A DNA stretch of 63,839 nt, counting the filler, from Hyphochytrium catenoides (taxonomy: Eukaryota; Protista; Hyphochytriomycota), in assembly GCA_900088475.1 (NCBI GenBank). It is 8 parts of 8 records of this genome, joined end to end, with 100 filler letters (N's around TTAATTAATTAA, not from the genome) between each part and the next. Parts side by side here need not be neighbours in the genome. Positions count along the whole stretch, not along the records: positions 54,036 to 60,499 come from FLMG01002151.1; positions 60,600 to 61,629 come from FLMG01001400.1; positions 61,730 to 62,733 come from FLMG01001417.1; positions 62,834 to 63,839 come from FLMG01001136.1; 4 more parts are not named here. One strand, 5' to 3'. Of this stretch, positions 55,390-63,839 are shown one piece after another. The notes under the pieces are model-generated. The model was given only the letters and a program-made list of their open reading frames with translations. It was not told the DNA's origin and ran no database searches. Position 1 is the first letter of the stretch; each line of letters begins with the position of its first letter. Made by a program: the position numbers and the translations under genes.

Positions 55390-58146
55390 ATGGCCAGGGT
55401 AGCTGGGCCCAGAGTGACGCGGTCCTCTACTACCCGCAGCTCGCGCGCTTTATCGCCGGTAAGCGTTCCTGGCCTGCCCCATGTAGGCTCTGATGAGCTT
55501 GCAGATAAAGTTAAAGAGGCTGTAGCATCCATCCCCCTTCCCAAAGCCCAGGTCCGACATTCTCTTATCTTGTTCTTCACCAAGTATGCTGAGCTTTTAC
55601 CTCTATAACTGCATCCTGCAGGAGAGCCCCATGGCTAGCTGGTTGAAGACAGGCTCGAAGCGTCAAAGAATAGTTGCCAACCAGGATGAAGTGAAAGCCC
55701 ATAGTGAATCTTTAAAGAAGAAAGACTATGCGCTCAGAAGCGGCAGCTCCTCTGGTACTCCCAAAGTCTCTTCTTCTAGCCTTTCAAAGTCACCCGGATC
55801 ATCCCTAAGGACCTCGCGCCGGCAATCAAGGGCTTCAGGAAGAGGCAAGCTAAGGCCCTTACGATCTCTGGCTTTCAAGGAGAACGACAGCACGGCAGAT
55901 AATAGACTCTTTCGACCAACCCGTTCGTCACCCAAAGTAGTGCAGCCTAAGCGGTCAAGCCAAGACAGCCTTATCAGCCCAGTAGGGAGCACTCAGGATA
56001 GAGAACTGAGTGGAAAGCGTACCGATCTCCTCTCTGAAGTCAATGAGGACGTTTTCCTTCTGAACACGCCATGCCATAAGACCGTCAAAGGAACCTCTCT
56101 CGCACCTGCCAGACAAGGGCAGCTTGGTGAAGATAGTGAAGATCCTTCAGCAGAGACCAGAGAACACCTTGCGCATAAGACTCCCGAAGAGGCTCTTCAT
56201 ATCAGAAAGCTACCGACATCGCCTCCTCCGGTGGAGAGACAGCAGCTCCATCTCCTCCACTGCCACAAGGGCAGCCCCACCAAGGCTCTGGACTTACTGT
56301 TTAGGAAAAGAAACAAGGGCAAGAAGAAACTAGATAAGGTCGACGGAGTAGCAGAGCGGGGTGATGAGCTGCTTCCCTCCCTACGTCCAGCCTCCCCTGC
56401 TAGAAGGACAGAGGTAGACACGCCCATCAACCTCTATGATTTCACACCTACCCGGAAGAATCGTCTTGTCGAACCCGATTACACTGCAGAGAAGGACGAG
56501 AGGAAGAGAAAGCGCATGGTGGACTGCGGGGTACAAGCTGAGGACATGGACGATGATGAAGATGTGGGCCTGTTCAACTGTGAGCAGGATGTGGAGGTGC
56601 TTAGTACTCTTGGAGAGGGAACAGATGGCCGAGTGCTTGAGGTGCGGATCAAAGGTCGGCGAGTGGCCTTAAAGCAAACCAAGCTCCCAGACAACCAGCA
56701 GCGGACCATTGATACAGCTTGGCGGCAGAGCAACAAAGAGCTTCATTTCTTAAGGTAGGTTCTTTTCAATCTCGCGACAGCTCTCGCACCTTCGTGCATC
56801 TTCGTTCTCGAATCCTTGCCATCAACTTTAAATCACTAACACTGCACTCTTTGGCTTCATAGAAATGTTAGGCAGTGCGAACAATTTGTACTGTGCCTTG
56901 GCTCCTGCAGTGGGCTGGTGCATACCTGCATAGCTTTCGAGAGGATGGACTGTCGTCTTAGTCAATACCAAAGGAACTATCTAGGCGAAAACGTGCCTTT
57001 TCCTCGCCAACAAGCCCTGTACATTGTTAGGGTTGTCTGTGAAGGCATGAAGATTCTCCATGACGAGGTGTGTTCCTTCTTAGTGCATAAGAACAGATTA
57101 TTCTCTCGGGTCTCTTCAGACGATTCTTTTGCTCCTGCTGGTGGTTGGCGATGTGACAGTTGGTGGTTGGCGATGTGACAGCTAATGTATTTCAAAGTCT
57201 GGTCCCTTCTTTTCTCCCTTCGTGATTGTGCTTAGCAAGCATCTGATGGACGGTTCTGCAGGTTCGCATCTGTCATGGAGACTTGGCGTTTCGTAACATC
57301 CTTGTTAGGCTAAGAGAGGATAAGCAATCCGGGCAGAACAAGGTGGACGACAGCGCTGTTCCGTTCATTGCCAAAATAAGTGACTTTGGACGTGTTAAGC
57401 CGCTATCAGAGGCGCCCAACTACTTCAACGCCGGCTCCGACTTTAACTTCCTGGAGAATGTTGACGTCGGCCTCTTCGGTCGGGAAATCCTGTATAGACT
57501 GTTCTGTGGACATTCAGTCCCAGCCAGTTTGATCAAGAACCGAGTGCTGACCTCTGAGGCCAAGGATCACTATGTAACGTCGTTACCCGACGAGTCGCGT
57601 GAGCTTCTAGGGCCTTATTACGAGCTGTGTCTGCGTTGTGTCTCCGATGGTGTTCGTCCAAGATTCTCCGAGATACTTCAGCTATTAGAGGGCGACTCTT
57701 CCAGCTCCAACTCCTCGAGAGTCAACTCTCCTCTGATCCTAGATAACACCTTGGTGGCGCAAAGGCTCGCTAAGAAGCCCTTCTCTGTAGGACAAGCTGC
57801 GACTCGAAAGAGCCGGAAACCCACTCAACTCGTCCATAGACCGAAAGTCCTAGAACAGTCACAACTAGGGAGGGGGAAGCAAGGGCTTTCCAGCTTCAAT
57901 GCGGCCTTAGAGAAGTGGTCGAAGCCGAGACCCAGCTCCCCTGTACCACCTGCAAACGCTGACTCTATGCCAAAGATCGCAAGAACTCCACCATTGACGG
58001 AAACTCAACAGAGTAGAGGAGATGGACGCCGGGACCTTGATAACGCCACGAGCGGAGTGGCATCGACGCGGCTGGGGCGCCTAAAGAAAATGATCAACCT
58101 AGCCAACCACCAAGGCGCCAAAGATACCCTGGGGTTTCCTCCATAG
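55390..58146 (+). CDS. Tyrosine-kinase-like protein kinase (non-RD) with long disordered N- and C-terminal tails, 4 exons
   Basis: LGEGTDGRV, VALK, KELHFL, HGDLAFRNILV and KISDFG. Exons 55390-55458, 55622-56754, 56863-57068 and 57262-58146 splice in frame. Confidence 0.88.
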
Positions 58147-58337
58147 CAAAAGTTGCCACTCAGACTATTTATTATGCTTTCTCCCCTTAAACTATCAGTA
58201 TTGTGGCCTGGATCTCAGCTCATCTATCGACTGAAATGGCCTACCTCGGCCCACATAGGCCAATTGGCTGTGTATTTAACTGATACTGAATACCTCTACT
58301 TGCTTTTCCAGCTCTCGTTTATGCCATCCCATGGATC

Positions 58338-59335
58338 TTATCCGTTGTAGGCGGAAACATGAACCGTGATGGAGCCAGCATTGTCCCAGTACCAACCGAA
58401 GGGCTGATTAGCATAACAAATCAGTTCACCGTCAATTGGAGCTCTGAACAAGTTCTGTCCTGTCCTGAAACTAAAGCAGTTTCGATTGACTAACCCTTCA
58501 TCCATTGGCATCATCCTCGTGCTTCTAGCAGCAGAGAAGGAGAAAAGACAAGATGGTCAGAGGAAGGAACCCCAGAGGGAAGGTGAGACGCGATAGAGGA
58601 GTATCCGAACAGGCGATCGAAATAGTGGACGAAGCTAGGATTTGCCTAGGCACACAGAACTCTCCTCACCTTGATCCAGCTACTTCTGTGAGTTTCCAGT
58701 AGTACTTGCCAAGGCAGCAGACCAGTTGCATCATATGTGCGGCGAACCTAGGTGTCTCTTTGCACTCCAGGCAACAAGCATTCTCATACACCCAGCAGAG
58801 CTTTGTTGCATCATAACGCGGAGTGAAGCCATCTGTTGGAGTTTGTTAGCTTCCAGTCCGCAGTTTGTGTGGATTGCAGTTGGAGACGAGAGTTTTTTTT
58901 ACGTCTACCTGCAGAAACATTATATCGGCCGTCCTGCCACCTGCAATCTGGGCTCACAGTCAAGTTGTAGATGCGGGAGTATGTTAATTGCGCTCCAGAA
59001 GGGTTCCAGACCTTCTTGGCCCATACTGGAAATGAACAGGATGAGGAGGTCGAAACGGCCACAACTTCCCGGGAGTTTCTGGATTGATAGTCCTCGACAG
59101 CATCGTCGTACAGTTCGAAGGCCGGTGACGTTCCCGTAAATGGGTTCACCGACGAGATACCATCCGATAGGCGGTTAGAGTCTATGGTGTAGGGGATGGC
59201 TACTGATCGCCCAGAGGGTGTGTCTTCGTCCACATACGACCCGTAGACCTCAAGGACTGACCAAAGATAGAGAATAGAGCTGCTGACAAACACCAGCCTA
59301 GACAAGGCTCGGTGGGGATAACGTTGACATCGCAT
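58338..59335 (-). CDS. Secreted protein with PA-IL/LecA-like beta-sandwich domain, 3 exons
   Basis: Signal-peptide-like N terminus. Spliced product contains VWAKKVWNPSG..YNLTV..WQDG..VSADG..PR..LVCCLG..FRAPIDGELICYAN..YWDNAGSITVHV-stop, matching the W.xSG / W.D / GEL..YAN..Y.xN.GS pattern. Family call is from motif memory. Confidence 0.65.
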
Positions 59336-60676
59336 CCTACCGCTGGCGTCCGGCCCGCGTGCTGGCCATACTATCTGCCACTACCAGCCGAAAACCACGC
59401 ACAGAGCTCCGCCAAGATCTCTTAGCGGTCATCCGGCGGACAGTAGAGATCAAAGGGTCATCAGCAGGAGCAGCCTGCGGAGGAGGAGTAGGACACACAG
59501 CGAGAGGAGCGAAGCAGCAGCAGCAGCAGCGGTAGCGGCAGCAGTGCGAAGGAGGAACGAAGCTGTTGGTTACAGCAGCCCTTCAGTTGGCCAGACCTAG
59601 TTCTGCTAGTTCGCTAACGGCAAGTCCCTGGAAATCCGTTACAAGTACAATCACTTAAGAGGCCAACATACAACCTATGCAAACAATGAACAACAAGATG
59701 CCTGTCATTATAACGGGAGCCGATAGATGATTCCTACGAGTGATAATAACATGAGACTGTAATAGCAAGGCTCTGCCCTGTCTTACAAGGCTATGAGTTG
59801 TGGGAGTGTAAGAATAATGAGTTATCAGGAAGTGAGTCTTCTTTACCTGTCTATCCTTTGGGCTTTCTCCCTCTTCTTTCCCTTTCCTTCTTTTCTGCTG
59901 TCACCCCGACCCTTTCTGCATTGTGAGGCCTTTCTACACTGATTAAAATAGATGAGAGCAGCACCACAGACAAGAAGGGGTGGTGGTGGAAACCAGGTTG
60001 ATGTGCAAGTGCCAGGCTTGTTGCCTGTCTGCCCTTTCCTACAGGAGGGTCACTTTATTGCAGTTTATTATTCACTTAGAGCTGCCATACCTTGGATGCA
60101 ACAGGCTGACTCTGATGCCCTGCTGATCAAAAGAAGTTTCCGGTTAAATTGTGGGGGGTTGGAGGTGGTGCCGTCCCTCCTGATTATGATCGAAGAAAGG
60201 GGTTACGAACACTCTCAACCACATCATAACAGAAACGGAACGCTGGACTTTAGATCCCTCTTCCTGCCCAGCTATGACCCCCTGTTCTGTCTTTATCTTT
60301 GTCTTTCCTTCTGACTCCTCCACCCAGCACGCTTGTTGGACACATAGAGAAAGGCAGTGAGGAGGCCGCGGTAGGACAGGGCTAATAATAAACTTTCGAT
60401 GGTAAAGGACCGGCTTATGGTGTTATTTTGAGAATCTCAGTGGGTTGGGTTGTGGTGGAAGGACGTCTAGAGGCCTCCTTTTAGCAGCAGTAACACCAGN
60501 NNNNNNNNNNNNNNNNNNNNNNNNNNNNNNNNNNNNNNNNNNNTTAATTAATTAANNNNNNNNNNNNNNNNNNNNNNNNNNNNNNNNNNNNNNNNNNNNA
60601 GAGAGAGAGAGAGAGAGAAGAGACACGGTCAAAGAGAGAGTAAAGGGTCTGGAGAAACAATCCCACGTTTGTTTAC

Positions 60677-61029
60677 CTAGCCGATCCTCTTTTCGAGAGC
60701 CCTCTCTCGAGGATTCAACGCTGTCGTACAATTCAAGGATTGAGCCTGAGATAACCTAAGAAGAAGAATGTGAGCCATGGGAATGTGAGCGAAGAAAGGG
60801 GTAAACCTCGCACTTCGAGAGGTACATAGAGAGAGAGAGAGGGAGAGACACGGAGAGGGACAAGAAAGAGAGAGCGAGAGAGATGAAAACAAGAAAGAGA
60901 GAGAGAGCGGGAGAGAGCACAGAGACATAGCAACAGAGAAGGAGACAGAGGGCTAGAGAGACAGAGAGAAAGGAGGACACAGGGCAGGGTGAAAGGCATA
61001 GCATAAGCACAGAGAGAGGGGCACAAAGA

Positions 61030-61068
<39 letters not shown>

Positions 61069-61402
61069 TAAGAAAAAAAGCAAAATGATCGAAATCAACG
61101 AAAGTCTTTGGAGGAGGACGACGATAAGGAAAGCGAGAGCCGCATACCGCATAGCAGCGCGTCCAGGTAGGGAACGGCCTCCGCTTTCTCATCAGATATC
61201 CTTCCATTCTCTTTGTGCCAGGGAGAAAAGAGGAGAGAGACTCTGACCCTTCCCAATCTTGCTCTTCTCCCTCTCTTCCTCTTCTGGCCTCTTGCAGAAT
61301 GGGGTTGAGGAAGTGTAGATACACTGTGTAATGACCGTGATAAGCCTCCACGAACTCCACAGTGCGATTGAGGAGAGGATTGAACCTAGGAGGGAGAGAC
61401 TG
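60677..61402 (-). CDS. Fragment of a PH-domain-containing protein
   Basis: Exons ..MEGYLMRKRRPFPTWTRCYA / VISGSILELYDS.. match PH strands beta1-beta3. Both ends are lost at contig breaks. Confidence 0.65.
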
Positions 61403-63839
61403 CTGTGTTAGATTACCAGGGATGAGAGAGGAAAGGGAAATCAAAGATAGCAGAAACGGAGAAGAAGAAGGAGAGAGAGCTCCGCTTGGCTTAGGGCACT
61501 CCGATGATGATGATAATAGATCATGAAGTTGGAAGAAGACTTGGTGACTTAGAAGAGGAACTTAAGAAAAGAGAAAGGAAGACGAAGCAGTCCAAAAAGA
61601 AAGAGAAAAGAGAGAGAGAGAGAGAGAGANNNNNNNNNNNNNNNNNNNNNNNNNNNNNNNNNNNNNNNNNNNNTTAATTAATTAANNNNNNNNNNNNNNN
61701 NNNNNNNNNNNNNNNNNNNNNNNNNNNNNTTGTTCTCACGGTCTCTTTCTCTCGCTTTCTTTCTGTCTCTTCTTCTTTCCAATTCGCCTCTCTCTAGTAT
61801 TTCTGTTCCGGAGGCTTCGCTTTAGGATGGGATTCAAGCGTATAGTTACCTTTCCTCCACTCTCTCACACCAATACTAGGCAGACCTCTGATCACCCTTA
61901 GGTGGCCATTTTATTGAGAGAAAGAAGTTAAGGATAGAACTGTGAAACGATGCAGGAGCCAAGACACGGAAGAAGAAGCCACAAAGCACAGACGCTCGTC
62001 TACTAGTTCATAGATTGACGTAGCAAAGGGAACACAATCAAGTCTATAAAGTACTACCGAAGAGCGGAAAAGCGCGGAAGAAGAGAGAAGAGCAGCCTTT
62101 TTAACAGGCTTGCTCTTCTATGATGTGAAGCAAAAACTTTACTATCGATGATGTTAGAGCTAGAGGAAGAAGCTCCTCTTCAATCCTCTTTTCTTCTATC
62201 TAGCATAACTGACTAACATTCCTGACAGTCACTCTTTAACTAGCCCCTGTACTCTGGTATTGTATAGAGCGAATGATATATCTTTCTCCTCTTACTATTT
62301 CCCTCATCAAGGGGGTTTCTAACCTCAAGGATGTCCTCATTGGCCTGCCCATCCACGTGCAGACAGTGGTGACCGTTCCATCGGGTTAATAAGTACCTGG
62401 CGTACAAAGATCACTTCGACTTTGTGTCCAGCAGCGCACTCTGCCTTGCAGCTAGTCGTTGTTCTACTAATTCTGGTTTGTACTTAGCCATAGGAGGCGA
62501 CCGGGTTGGCGCATGCATGACAGGCAGCGCCCAACGATAGAAAGACGGCCTCCTGCCTAGCTAAACGTCTACACTCGGAGTCAGCGAGTGGCTGCCGGAA
62601 AGGAGCCTTCTCCCTGGCTTTTCCTCTTCGCTTTTCCCCACGACGGCTCTTGATAGTTTCCTAGTGTTACGGTCTACTCTCCTGCTTCTGATTAGGGTTC
62701 CTATTCCTACATCAAAGGCTGGCATCATGTAGTNNNNNNNNNNNNNNNNNNNNNNNNNNNNNNNNNNNNNNNNNNNNTTAATTAATTAANNNNNNNNNNN
62801 NNNNNNNNNNNNNNNNNNNNNNNNNNNNNNNNNGAGAGAAAGGTGAAGAGGACTTTTGTCTGTCTTACTGACCTTCGGTCCCTTCTCCTCCTGCCTCCAT
62901 CAACTCTAAGGCCTTTGTCACTTCGCTCTCAGCGCAGCAGTTGGTGGAGGAATTGGACTTTGCTGCCAGGAGGAGGATGGCTGTCCATAGAAGGGGGAAT
63001 AGGAGTGGATGAAGTAATACATTAGAGAGAGGGTTCAGGGTAAACATCTAGAAGTGTCGTGACCTTGTTCCTCTTCCTCTTCTGGCTCCATTGCCTCCGA
63101 GTTCTTAGTGATATTATCGCATTCTTGGGAATCTTCCTCGGCGCATTCTCGAGCATTATCTTCCTCGGGGATGGTCTCTGTTGCTGTAGATAAAGAGGGA
63201 GCAAAAGGTTTAGGACAAGTGACATGATATCCAGTCAGAGAGACGAGAGAGAGAGAGAGACGACGTCTTTCCAGCGATAGGCTCTTTGTCTTGCCAGCAC
63301 TGAGTCCAGAAGGATCTTAGTCTTCCCTCCTTTCCTCCAACTAGTAGCGTGCGGCTTCTGATCCCTTCATTTGGTGACAGGTATCTCCTCACCCATAGTA
63401 TCTGTCTCCCTCCTCTCTTGCTCCCTCTCTCCTCCCTCTTCTTCTTTTTCTCCCCTCGATGCCGCCCTATGTCTAGCGTTCTAAGCTGTTTTCCTTAACG
63501 TCCGCGCAGAGAAGAGATACCACGAGGACAAAGTCCTGAAAGATGACGGGTTTGGGCTGCAGCTGTGGCTGGAGAACCAATATGCAGTCTCTTGCCCTTG
63601 TGAAGTAGAAAACCCTCTCATATCTGCCTCATCTCTCTTCTCCTGCTGCACCCATTCGCATTATCTGATAATCCGACCCTTCAGCTCACCTTGCTCCGTC
63701 TCTTCGACTTCACCGTCTGTTGTCCCAACAATCTGAGCCAAGTTACATTCAGAACCTGCCTGAGAGGAGTATTTGAACTCTTCCAGAAGCATGCCTGCGA
63801 AGCAATGAGAAGGGAGAGGAAGGGCCGTAAGAGAGAGAC

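Noticed and set aside
61730-63839. Exon-like fragments on the minus strand of the last two short contigs
   Set aside because: Frames are ambiguous and no family is recognisable, so no CDS was called.

Overview
Intron-rich eukaryotic nuclear DNA in the standard genetic code, probably a flagellated stramenopile (inference from the PP2A-A 'SWRVRWSVA' signature and ciliary-type MORN and EF-hand/WD40 genes). The window is not contiguous: it is eight draft contigs joined by artificial 100-nt N-TTAATTAATTAA-N linkers. Most long ORFs in the supplied track are artefacts of (GA)n/(CT)n intronic microsatellites. Manual splicing recovers ATG5, EMC10, a two-FHA PP2C phosphatase, an EF-hand/WD40 protein, a two-pore channel, a MORN/EF-hand protein, a MidA/DUF185-like SAM methyltransferase, a stand-alone Pol-beta 8-kDa lyase-domain protein, the PP2A scaffold subunit A, a tyrosine-kinase-like kinase, a secreted PA-IL/LecA-like protein, a PH-domain fragment and an intronless 764-aa membrane protein. 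The most striking unexplained signal is non-coding. Several microsatellite-free intergenic islands fold by eye into dense multi-helix structures with strand-biased G-U pairs. The best two are a ~500-nt seven-helix 'wheel' at 30346-30852 (+) and a ~1-kb folded element at 36832-37831 (probably -), which has a 61-bp foldback and long-range pairings ending ~40 nt before the methyltransferase start codon. Neither matches an ncRNA family I can recognise. A subset of introns also shows polar 5'-(GA)n ... (CT)n-3' self-complementarity. All structures were paired by hand; no folding or database search was run.
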